Assembly: GCA_963664395.2 (NCBI GenBank)
Contig: OY761159.2
Location: 3,264,001-3,328,000 of the forward strand
Source: Candidatus Binatia bacterium
GTDB lineage: Bacteria; Desulfobacterota; Binatia; Bin18
Length of the DNA: 64,000 nucleotides
Direction of reading: 5' to 3'
Below, one piece after another: positions 16,095 through 24,815 of this stretch; positions within the stretch are counted from its first letter, which is position 1; each line of letters starts with the position of its first letter. The notes beneath the pieces were generated by a model, which worked only from the letters and a program-made list of their open reading frames with translations, was not told the origin of the DNA and did not search any database. The position numbers were made by a program, and so were the translations under genes.

Positions 16095-17495
16095 CTACAA
16101 CTCCGGGTGCTGTTGGTGCCACTCGGTGGCCTGTTCATACGCATGGCCAACCTGACAGACAGTCTGCTCATCGAACGGCTTGCCGGCAATCTGAAGACCG
16201 ACAGGTAAGCCGTCAGCATCAAAGCCGCACGGCACCTGAATGGCCGGCAGGCCGGTGAAATTGAAAATCGGTGTATAGACGCTGAAGTCCGTGGAAACGA
16301 TACTCAATCCGGGCGACTCTTCGGCAATGGGATTCACCTGAAAGCCGGCGGTGGGCAGCATCAGGACATCGACGCTGGTGTCGAGGGCATTGAGGAGAGC
16401 GTCCCGTACCTGGGCGCGGACTTGGGCGCCCATCAGATATTGCGCACCACTGACCAAAAGACCGTAGGCCACAAAGAGTTTGGCGTGGGGGTTATACTTC
16501 TCTCCGCAGTTGCGCACATTGTCCACATGGATGGCAGCGCAGTCAGCAAATAAACCGGGCCATTCAATGGCCTGTAGCTGGGTTAGCGAGATTGAAGGCA
16601 CATCGATAATTTCTGCCCCAAGCTCCTCGAATTTTTTCAGCGCTTTGTTATAAGGTCCGAGCAGTTTGGGATCACAGTTGTCTTCATAAATGGAACGTAA
16701 CAGCCCAATCCGCATGCCCGTAATGTCCTGACCAAGCTTCTCGGTAAAGTTCGGAACAGGCATATTTGCCGAGGCCGGGTCCAAGGGGTCATAACCGGCA
16801 CAGCCTTGCAGCATGAGGGCGGCGTCGGTCACGGTTCGGGTGAGCGGGCCGGTATGGTCGAGGCTCCACGAGAGCGGATACACGCCCGCTCGACTGACCC
16901 GCCCATAGGTCGCTTTGAGTCCGACAATGCCGCAGCACTGCGCCGGCCAGCGGATTGAACCGCCCGTACACGAACCCATACCGGCGTAGGCCATACCAGC
17001 CGCGGTCGAAGCTGCGGTGCCACTGCTCGACCCGCCGGCATCATGGGCAAGGTTCCAGGGATTATGGGTGGGCTGGTAATAGGACTGTTTGGTGGGAAAG
17101 CCATAGGCAAACTCATAGGTCGCGGTCTTGCCCAGGACCAGCGCGCCGGCTTCCTTGAGCTTGGCAACCGAGGTGCAGTCCTTTTCGGCAACATAGTGTT
17201 CCAGCGATTGGGAACCGCAGGTGGTTGGCCCGCATTCGTAGATGTCTTTGATTCCGATGGGGACGCCGTGCAGGGGGCCACGATAGGCCCCGCGTTGGAT
17301 CTCGGACTCAGCCGCTCGTGCAGCTTTGACAACCTCATCCTTGAAAACGGTATTAAAAGCATGGATCTGGGGTTCGAGTTGCTCTACTCGATCAAGCATG
17401 GCTTGGGTAACTTCAACCGGGGAGACGTCTCTCCGCTGAATTTTACCCGCGAGTTCCTCAATCGACATATACGCGAGTTCTTGGGCGGCTGTCAT
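16095..17495 (-). CDS. Amidase signature family enzyme (GatA/AtzE-like)
   Basis: GPLHGVPIGIKD, GGSSSG, GSCTGGSIRWPA, GLKATYGRVS. Confidence 0.93.
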   Translation of the reverse strand: MTAAQELAYMSIEELAGKIQRRDVSPVEVTQAMLDRVEQLEPQIHAFNTVFKDEVVKAARAAESEIQRGAYRGPLHGVPIGIKDIYECGPTTCGSQSLEHYVAEKDCTSVAKLKEAGALVLGKTATYEFAYGFPTKQSYYQPTHNPWNLAHDAGGSSSGTAASTAAGMAYAGMGSCTGGSIRWPAQCCGIVGLKATYGRVSRAGVYPLSWSLDHTGPLTRTVTDAALMLQGCAGYDPLDPASANMPVPNFTEKLGQDITGMRIGLLRSIYEDNCDPKLLGPYNKALKKFEELGAEIIDVPSISLTQLQAIEWPGLFADCAAIHVDNVRNCGEKYNPHAKLFVAYGLLVSGAQYLMGAQVRAQVRDALLNALDTSVDVLMLPTAGFQVNPIAEESPGLSIVSTDFSVYTPIFNFTGLPAIQVPCGFDADGLPVGLQIAGKPFDEQTVCQVGHAYEQATEWHQQHPEL

Positions 17496-17713
17496 TGTGC
17501 GCCCCCTTTCTTATCGAGGGCATGAATCAGCAAGGGTTCGCTTTCCGGCACGCTCATACCTTCAACAAGTTGGCGGGACTGCCGCATGTCTTCTACGACG
17601 CGCTGCCAGCGTAAGAGGTTTTCATACGGGCGTACAAGCTGATTGAGTTCCGCGTCAGTAAGCGCAAGATTCCATTCGGCGAGTCTTGCCGCAATGAGGG
17701 CTTTTGTGTCCAT
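17492..17713 (-). CDS. Small amidase-associated protein (GatC/AtzG-like position and size)
   Basis: 73 aa, GGAG RBS, 4-nt overlap with the amidase; helical N-terminus and C-terminal PESEP. Confidence 0.6.
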   Translation of the reverse strand: MDTKALIAARLAEWNLALTDAELNQLVRPYENLLRWQRVVEDMRQSRQLVEGMSVPESEPLLIHALDKKGGAQ

Positions 17714-17722
17714 GCTACTCTC

Positions 17723-18007
17723 CTATTTCAGTTCTGTTTCCACAAAGACGAACTCATAGTCATTGGCATTAATCACATCGTGTTCGACCCCGACATTCCG
17801 AAAATAAGGGACGCCTTGGGTCAACTCGGCTTCGTGGTCGCCGTCGGGTGCTTTGAGTAATAACTGCCCCGTTGTCATTGGCACGACAACATAGTCGTAA
17901 GCATGCCGATGGTAGCCGGTGGCCGCACCGGGGGCGAAACGCCATTCCGTTACGCGTACGCGTTCGTTGTCAATGCGGATTGTTGATTGGGCTTTCTCCT
18001 GCGACAT
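17723..18007 (-). CDS. Cupin domain protein (BauB-like)
   Basis: DNERVRVTEWRFAPGAATGYHRH.YDYVVVP...GVEHDVIN; GGAGG RBS before ATG 18007. Confidence 0.88.
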   Translation of the reverse strand: MSQEKAQSTIRIDNERVRVTEWRFAPGAATGYHRHAYDYVVVPMTTGQLLLKAPDGDHEAELTQGVPYFRNVGVEHDVINANDYEFVFVETELK

Positions 18008-18096
18008 AAGACCCTCCTGCCCTGTTCCTGTGGAAAGAGCGTAGCGCAAGAATTTTGAGATGCAACTCTTTCTGCAAGTGGTTGCACGCCGGGAAT

Positions 18097-18804
18097 TTAC
18101 TCCTCAGCCACCCATTCACGTTGCATACGGTCCGGGGAGAGTCCCAGACGTGGCTTTCGCTCGGGGATAATCTGAAAACATGTGGAGTGAGCGGCTCCGA
18201 GCCCACAGAGCGTTTCATATCCGGCTGCCTGCTGCCAACGCCGGCAATCCGTGCTGCTGCTCCAGGAGCTGAGCAGGACGTAATGCACAGGAGCGCGCTG
18301 TGGAACAATGCCGGCGAGCTGGGCAAAAACATAGGGTGTATGGATGTGCTCGCCCTTCAGCGCCTCATAGGGAATGACACCGAAGCGCGAAATGTCTGAG
18401 AGCGCAACTGTTACCTGACTGTGCTCTTCATCTGAAAGCGCTGTATCCCGCAGCAGCATGGTTTCATTCAAGATGGTGCCGGTCGCCGCCTCGTGGTCCG
18501 CCAGTATACGTCCTTTGCGTAGGTAATAGGCGGTCCACCATTTTTCTCGGGCTTCATCCTGAATCTTCACATGTTCACGGTCGCGCTGCCAGTCTTCCAT
18601 CGCTTCAAGCGTGTCAAATTTGGCAAAGAAGAGCCACCAGGGAGTTCCCGCAATCGGCCCGCCATAGGTTTCTCGAAAGCCACCCTGTGCCCTGGCATGG
18701 GGCATGAACTGTTCATGGCGTTTACCGTAGGCTTCCAATAGTTCCAGGCGCGGACGAAAGCCGCCTTCGGCAATATGGAGGGTGGGTGGTACATCTTCAG
18801 GCAT
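18097..18804 (-). CDS. Antibiotic biosynthesis monooxygenase (ABM)-like dimeric alpha/beta barrel protein
   Basis: FDTLEAMEDWQRDREH..IQ..AREKWW..Y motif, with a second degenerate ABM-like half. Confidence 0.65.
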   Translation of the reverse strand: MPEDVPPTLHIAEGGFRPRLELLEAYGKRHEQFMPHARAQGGFRETYGGPIAGTPWWLFFAKFDTLEAMEDWQRDREHVKIQDEAREKWWTAYYLRKGRILADHEAATGTILNETMLLRDTALSDEEHSQVTVALSDISRFGVIPYEALKGEHIHTPYVFAQLAGIVPQRAPVHYVLLSSWSSSTDCRRWQQAAGYETLCGLGAAHSTCFQIIPERKPRLGLSPDRMQREWVAEE

Positions 18805-19153
18805 GCTGCTCTCCCTTAATTCTGTCCTGGGCTGGTTCCCATGCTATTTCGACCTTGTGAATTTTGTAGTCCCAGCAATCTCCCATAACGCCGTCTTCCT
18901 TGCTCACAAAGATATAGCACCCCCCTCTTCCGTTGACATATCCGCTGGCTTTGTACACAGTCCTTTCTGTCAACTTCCAGTAGCGAGCCCGCTGAGTCGG
19001 GTCGCCTGCTGAATACAAGAACCGTCACACGGGAGGGAGTCATGATCCTCCTGTGGTGAATAGGCAGGACCTCACTCCATTCGTTGCTGTGAAGTTGACA
19101 CGGCCCGGCATTCCCCGGGCGGAAACGGTTGATATATTGAGGAGGAGCGTACC

Positions 19154-21250
19154 ATGTTCTTGATTAGCGTAATCGCGGCGTGTGTGTTGACGGCCAGTCA
19201 TGCCCTGGCGGTTGAATGGGAAGTCTGGTTGTCCGACCAATCGAATAGTGCCGATATCAGCACCGGGAATCCCACCGGAACTTTTGGCAGCCGGATTCTC
19301 ATCTACGAAGGCCGCGACATCATGATGGCGCAGCCCGGAACGTATGCTGAAGACCATGAGGAATTTGCGCCGGCTGTCATCGAAGCGGACGATGTCTTTC
19401 CACACGCGTTCTCAGAACTCGGCGCGAATGTCGAGCGTCTGCACGGCATGTTCCCGCATCCGTCACATCGATATATGAATGCGAACTTTTTTGGGCCGGG
19501 CGTTGGGCTGGTGGGCATTATCGATGCGGAGGGACAATGTACGCTGTCTGGCAACGGGTTCAAGCAATGTGGACCGATTCAAGGGGGACCGCGTGAGGCG
19601 GAGAAGTTGGCCAAAGCTCTCTTTCGGACCACTGGACCGGAAGGCTCCGCGCCCTCGAATCATATGTCTTATTTCAGTCTGGACGGCACTAAGCTGCTTG
19701 TGGCCAATCTTGGCGCAAAGCTGTTGGAACGCATTGATTATGATAAGGAGACCGGCACCTTCATTTTCAACAAAGCGGCCACGCTCGATTTGGTGGGGGG
19801 CCGAGACCTAACCGCTATGGAAGCGATGGCCGATTCCACCTTGCCCGCCGGGCAGGTGAGCGGGGAGTATACCAACTTCCAAACGATGGACACGCCAAGC
19901 GGCACACTCAAGGAAGGGCCGGGACGGCCCAATAACGTCCTGGTTTGCGCCCGACCCAGCAGCAACAATCAGCATGTGTATCTCACGCTCGGCGGTGGCG
20001 GACTGTTTGTGGTTGATATGACGACCGAACCGATGTCCATCGTTGCCGAATATACCAATGACGTCATCAACGGCGCCGGGTGTGGCGGCGATGAAGGGGG
20101 TGGCTTTATATATATCAACGCGGGTGTGTCCGCGAGTGCCGCCGGCGCGGATGACTCCGTGTTCATCATGTATCGGCTGCCGCTCGACTATCCTGATGGC
20201 GCCAGCCCTCTCACAACGCCTAATATGCCGCGGCCCGTGAAATTTTTGGAAGAGAAAACGCTGGGGATCACCTCTGAAGAGGATTTAGCCAATCGCCGTG
20301 ATGCCCACGGCATGATCATCTCACCCACCACCGGCCGATATCTCTATCAGGCTGATCGAATCCAAAACGTCATAGAAGTCTTCGATCTGGGCAAGATTAT
20401 CAACGATCCCGACGCAACGCTGGAAGAGCAGGCAGCAGCACATGCGGGAACCATCGACCTCACCGGGTCAGAATGGTGTGTCGGCGAAGGAGCGCCCTTT
20501 GTCAATCAGGATGATGAAGACTATGAATTCAACGACGATCCTGCCCCGGACTCCATTGATGTCTCTCCCGATGGCAGCAGGCTCATCGTCTCCTTCCGAG
20601 GTCCACATCCCGTCTCCGTGAAGCACGCGGCCTTGGGCAGTTGCGGTGGGTTCGGGGTGGTGACGCTCAACGGCGATGGATCAAATGGAACACTAAGCCA
20701 CGTGTTCCGCACCTTCCTATCTGACGAGACCGGCACCAAAAACCTGAGTGACATTCATATGACAGTCATACGGATCAAAGGCCCGAATGTCGTGCCCCCA
20801 TTCCATCACAGCGAACCGCCAGTGTCTACTGAGCCGCAGCCGGGAAGGTTGGAGAATCCGGGACCGATGTCATTTCAGAGCGGCATTGGGTTCATTCACG
20901 GCTGGGTCTGTGCAGCCGACGAAGTGACGATTGAGATCAACGGGCGGGCGCAACCTGCGGGCTATGGGATGGCACGGTTGGATACCAAACCCGTGTGTGG
21001 CGACACGTATAACGGCTTTGGGTTGTTGTTTAACTGGAATCTGCTGGGGGATGGGGAGCATATGGTGGTGGCCAAGGCGGATGGGGTAGAGATCGGCAGA
21101 TCGACAGTACAGGTGACAACGCTGGGGCAGGAGTTCCTGCCAGACGTAGTAGGCGCGTGTGAGCTGACAGACTTTCCGAGGGTAGGTGAAACGGTCACAC
21201 TGGAATGGTTAGAGGCCGTGCAGAATTTCGCGATTACCGAGAGGCGGTAA
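19154..21250 (+). CDS. Secreted beta-propeller-like protein with a C-terminal LENP module
   Basis: GAGGAGG RBS, signal peptide ending ALA-VE, blade-like motifs (FSLDGTKLLVAN, VSPDGSRLIVS), Pro-rich linker, LENPGPMSFQSG...QNFAI. Confidence 0.85.
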   Translation: MFLISVIAACVLTASHALAVEWEVWLSDQSNSADISTGNPTGTFGSRILIYEGRDIMMAQPGTYAEDHEEFAPAVIEADDVFPHAFSELGANVERLHGMFPHPSHRYMNANFFGPGVGLVGIIDAEGQCTLSGNGFKQCGPIQGGPREAEKLAKALFRTTGPEGSAPSNHMSYFSLDGTKLLVANLGAKLLERIDYDKETGTFIFNKAATLDLVGGRDLTAMEAMADSTLPAGQVSGEYTNFQTMDTPSGTLKEGPGRPNNVLVCARPSSNNQHVYLTLGGGGLFVVDMTTEPMSIVAEYTNDVINGAGCGGDEGGGFIYINAGVSASAAGADDSVFIMYRLPLDYPDGASPLTTPNMPRPVKFLEEKTLGITSEEDLANRRDAHGMIISPTTGRYLYQADRIQNVIEVFDLGKIINDPDATLEEQAAAHAGTIDLTGSEWCVGEGAPFVNQDDEDYEFNDDPAPDSIDVSPDGSRLIVSFRGPHPVSVKHAALGSCGGFGVVTLNGDGSNGTLSHVFRTFLSDETGTKNLSDIHMTVIRIKGPNVVPPFHHSEPPVSTEPQPGRLENPGPMSFQSGIGFIHGWVCAADEVTIEINGRAQPAGYGMARLDTKPVCGDTYNGFGLLFNWNLLGDGEHMVVAKADGVEIGRSTVQVTTLGQEFLPDVVGACELTDFPRVGETVTLEWLEAVQNFAITERR

Positions 21251-21405
21251 TCATTGAAGAGGCGGGAAAATATAGGGTTCCCCGACCCCATCCCCGATCA
21301 CCCAGATTATGTGCTCCGGGTGTGTTTCAAGGCCCCTCTCCAGAGGCGGCGGCAGAGAGAATATACCTCTTCCTCTGCTGCCGCCCCCCCTCTCCCTGCG
21401 GTGAC

Positions 21406-21882
21406 ATGAACAGGTTCTCTGAGATGCCCCTCTGGACGGGCATAATCACCATTCTGCGGCTGGCACGCCCATTCTCTCCATGCCCTGTCTCTCGCCATAA
21501 ACAACGTGCCTATGGCCGTGCGTACCGCCGATTACTCCAGGAGTCCGACCTGTGTATCCGTTGCAAGGAAACGAACCCGACCCCGCAGTTCTTGCGCTGT
21601 CCGTTGTGTCGAGCGCTTGCCAGCACGTCCGTCAAGCGCACTCGCACGCCGTCGCCCCCTGGTGCGTGTAAGTCCTGCCGCAATCCTGTCGATCGTGAGG
21701 GCTACAAGACGTGTGACCGGTGTATTAAACGGGAGACGGAGCGGAATCGGAAACGATGGAAACGGCGGGTGCGGGACGGATATTGCACGCGCTGTGGCGA
21801 CCGCAACCCGGAGTGCATGGATTTTAAGACGTGCCGGATCTGTCGCAAAAAGGCGAGGGAGCGGGAAGCCGCCCACCGGTAG
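21406..21882 (+). CDS. Hypothetical protein with three tandem CxxC...CxxC zinc-binding repeats (start uncertain)
   Basis: CIRC..CPLC, CKSC..CDRC, CTRC..CRIC, each followed by a basic helix. Confidence 0.6.
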   Translation: MNRFSEMPLWTGIITILRLARPFSPCPVSRHKQRAYGRAYRRLLQESDLCIRCKETNPTPQFLRCPLCRALASTSVKRTRTPSPPGACKSCRNPVDREGYKTCDRCIKRETERNRKRWKRRVRDGYCTRCGDRNPECMDFKTCRICRKKAREREAAHR

Positions 21883-22145
21883 GCTACGCGCGAGGGCACT
21901 AATATACTTGACTCAGCCATGGATTTAAATGGGCCCCGTAGACAGAGGTGGGAAAGAGCGATAACTGAGACTCATGTTTGGGGAAGTTGGACAGAGAGGT
22001 GAGAACATGACAAAAAAATCAAAAAAGTCAGACCATCAAGACGAACCATCCCTCGCTAAGTCTCTCAATTCTGGGCTACGGCTTAATCGGAGACTCAGCG
22101 CAACGCTCACAACTACACTTCTTGATAAAAGGGGAACTTCTACCC

Positions 22146-23006
22146 CTACGGCAAAGCTTCCTGTGTTCGGAGGTCGAAAGCTACACACATCTGACTAACC
22201 GCTGCTCTTAGTAGAGCCCCAAGATCATCACTCTTTCGGTATTTGGGGGAATTCAACGTTGCTACCCTGTGGGGGGTGACGAGTTTTTCCCATGCCTTTT
22301 TAGGAGAACCCTCTTTGGATGGATCAAATACCCCAAAGGCTTTTCCTCCGGCTCTCTGTATCAGGGAAAAGCACGGCACATCAGTAAGCCCATCGCCAAG
22401 GTAGATCATATTGCTCAATGGGATTCTGCGCTTATCCTCATCCATTTTTTCATTGACGGCATAGGGGCCAGAATTTTTTTTATGGGAGATCCCTTTGTTT
22501 ATCTGAAAGATGTATCTTGTCTTCTCGGTGAAAGTGATAATACGCTTAGGGTATTGGACAATATCATTTTCATCAGTGGCAAATTCACAACCCCACGAGC
22601 CGGTCAAATGGCTTGCAATCTTGCTGCCCCGGATTATTTCTTCGAGACCACCACTGATCACATAAAACTCGATACTAGGATTGGAAATGTCGTGCTCTTT
22701 GACTATTTTTCGTAGGTCAGCAAAAATGCCGGGAAGCCCAGGATAAAGTTTGAGAGTCTCTCCAAATTTTTTCAGGTCCCCGTTTGTTAATTCTCCCAGC
22801 GGCTTTCCTTGTCCGACATTTTGAATGATGAGGTGAAGGTATGCCAGTGTCGGGTCCCATCCTTGCTTAACCAGCTTCCCCGCTTGATTGCTCCAGAAGT
22901 TAGCGATATCGATACCGCCCCACTTCAAAAGTTGTGAAGTAGAATCGTCAGTCAGTGTATCGTCAAAATCAAAGATGACAGCGATAGTATTTTGAGATAT
23001 AGCCAT
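22146..23006 (-). CDS. HAD-superfamily hydrolase
   Basis: FDFDDTL (motif I), ISGG (II), K, YLGDGLTD (IV); AT-rich coding sequence. Confidence 0.88.
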   Translation of the reverse strand: MAISQNTIAVIFDFDDTLTDDSTSQLLKWGGIDIANFWSNQAGKLVKQGWDPTLAYLHLIIQNVGQGKPLGELTNGDLKKFGETLKLYPGLPGIFADLRKIVKEHDISNPSIEFYVISGGLEEIIRGSKIASHLTGSWGCEFATDENDIVQYPKRIITFTEKTRYIFQINKGISHKKNSGPYAVNEKMDEDKRRIPLSNMIYLGDGLTDVPCFSLIQRAGGKAFGVFDPSKEGSPKKAWEKLVTPHRVATLNSPKYRKSDDLGALLRAAVSQMCVAFDLRTQEALP

Positions 23007-23057
23007 GATACTATTTTTCTTTAATCAGTAAGGTGAGACCAGACTCATCAACGCAAG

Positions 23058-23336
23058 CTAAAAATAAATATAGAGGCCAATTCCAACAATATGGACAGAG
23101 GTGCTCTCGGTATCATGGACGAGATGTACAGCCAAGTCAGGGAACTCAGAGTCTTCTGAAAATACAACTGTCCTCTGACATTCCACTCTACGATAGACCT
23201 TATCACTGAGAGCCCGCTCAATCTCCTCAAAAATATCAGAATCGAATTCTTGCTCTTGAATCAGGTTTCCTAGAAAAACTTCGACGCTGGGTTCCCATAC
23301 GATTGTTGGAGCATATGGCCCCTCCTCTTGCTCCAT
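23058..23336 (-). CDS. Small acidic hypothetical protein, possibly RelE/ParE-like fold
   Basis: ORF 23058..23393 with internal ATG 23336. Beta-alpha-alpha-beta-beta-beta-like pattern judged by eye only. Confidence 0.45.
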   Translation of the reverse strand: MEQEEGPYAPTIVWEPSVEVFLGNLIQEQEFDSDIFEEIERALSDKVYRRVECQRTVVFSEDSEFPDLAVHLVHDTESTSVHIVGIGLYIYF

Positions 23337-23465
23337 CCGTCCACAGATCCTCATCGGGCACACCTCCAGTGTTAAGGTCTGCCCGGATCGCACGATCTGG
23401 TTGATGGGAGGCGTAATTTACGGTGGGCTAAGTCTGCTTAGGTTGCCTACATCGGGCTCCCAAAT

Positions 23466-23489
23466 GCTGAAAGGTGGCCACCTTTCAGC
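23466..23489. promoter_or_regulatory. Perfect 24-bp palindrome GCTGAAAGGTGGCCACCTTTCAGC
   Basis: 12-bp arms with no spacer, intergenic; function unknown. Confidence 0.5.
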
Positions 23490-23512
23490 GTTAAAATTGC
23501 CGTTAGTGCCTA

Positions 23513-24381
23513 GGGCCTGTCATCAGTTAATAAGAACCCTTGGGGTTTTCCTCCCCTGATGCGCTATACTTCTCGCGGTAGCCATAGCGAGGAGGGTTCT
23601 CAGCATGACGAAGCGGTATGCCCTACGGGATGACCAGTGGGAGCGGATTCGGGATCTCTTGCCAGGGCGAGAGGGCCATGTGGGGGGCACGGCGAAGGAT
23701 AACCGCCGGTTTGTGGAAGCGGTACTGTACCGCTATCGTGCCGGCATTCCCTGGCGTGACCTCCCCCTGCGGTTTGGGGATTTCCGCGTGGTTCATACGC
23801 GGCATATGCGCTGGAGTACGAGCGGGGTGTGGGAGAAGGTGTTCAGGCACCTCGCGGCCGACGCCGACAACGAATACGCCATGATCGCTGCCACGATTAT
23901 CCGGGCCCATCAACACGCTGCCGGGGCAAAAGGGGGGACCAAGAGACAGAATGCCTTGGCCGCTCCCGAGGGGGCTTGAGTACCAAACTCCATGCGACCT
24001 GTGATGCCCTGGGCAATCCGACCAGCTTCCATCTCACGCCGGGCCACGCCTCGGACCTCGCTGGCGCGGATGCGCTGCTCCCCGATTTGGTGAAGCACAT
24101 CCAGGCCTTGCTCGCGGATACCGCGTATGATGCCCAGGAGCGCGTCCTTGACGTGTTGGAGAAGGCGGAGGTGACGATTGTTATTCCCCCCAAAACGAAT
24201 CGACGCCAGCCACGCCCCTATGATACGCACCTCTATCAGGCACGCCATCTGATTGAAAACTTCTTCGCTAAACTGAAACAATATCGTGCGCTTGCCACCC
24301 GCTATGACAAACGCGCTGTCAGCTTTCTGGGAGCTATCTATCTAGCCGCCTCGGTGATCCTCCTTAACTGATGACACCCCC
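23513..24381 (+). mobile_element. IS5-family (IS427-group-like) insertion sequence, 869 bp
   Basis: Terminal IRs GGGCCTGTCATCAGTTAA and GGGGGTGTCATCAGTTAA (16/18), TA on both flanks in a CTAG context, two overlapping transposase ORFs. Confidence 0.93.
23605..24371 (+). CDS. IS5-family transposase, expressed by probable -1 frameshift at AAAAGGGGGG (~23928-23937)
   Basis: orfA 23605..23979 (YALRDDQWERI, GIPWRDLP); orfB GRSRGGLSTKLH, LADTAYD, Y..RHLIENFF..LKQYR. Confidence 0.9.
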
Positions 24382-24403
24382 TAGGCTGTAGCCGTTCCGT
24401 TCT

Positions 24404-24480
24404 CGTCATGCCGGACGTGATCCGGCATCCAGCGGGCGGCGGGGCGGGGAGGCTAGATTCCCGCTTGCGCGGGAATGACG
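24404..24480. repeat. REP/RPE-like palindromic element with a dRS3-like core ATTCCC-N8-GGGAAT
   Basis: CGTCATGCCGGA..TCCGGCATCCAG ... CTAGATTCCCGCTTGCGCGGGAATGACG. Confidence 0.7.
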
Positions 24481-24621
24481 GTAGGGGCTGGCTGGCTATA
24501 TGGAATCGTGAATTGCTCTAAGAGACTCGGTTTGTTCAGAGATTGCTTGAGGACAAAGAATGCTGTTGCCGGTGCACTCAGTTTCGACTTGATGTGCAAG
24601 TTTGGGAGTCGGAATATCTCA

Positions 24622-24752
24622 TCCCCTCTTGGGAGGGGTGCCGCAACGCGGCGGGGTGGGTTTCAGTCGGTTGAGTAGGCTGCGTCAGGGCGGGGAGGGC
24701 TAGGCCAGAGGAACCCACCCCGGCCCTTCGGGCCACCTCTCCAAGGAGGGGA
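24622..24752. repeat. REP-like inverted pair (TCCCCTC...GAGGGGTG...GGGGTGGGTT / AACCCACCCC...GAGGGGA)
   Basis: Two ~40-bp units in inverted orientation; same family as 29167-29258. Confidence 0.75.
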
Positions 24753-24815
24753 GTGGGTATAAAAGGCTTTTGTCCGGCTCGGCAAAGTGCTATGGCGGCA
24801 GGGGAGGAGGACCCT

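Noticed and set aside
18797-19018. 73-aa ORF upstream of the ABM-like gene
   Set aside because: No recognisable motif and competing ORFs in other frames; cannot be supported as a gene.
21974-22198. Small plus-strand ORF MTKKSKKS...
   Set aside because: Overlaps the HAD gene 3' end in antisense and has no recognisable features.
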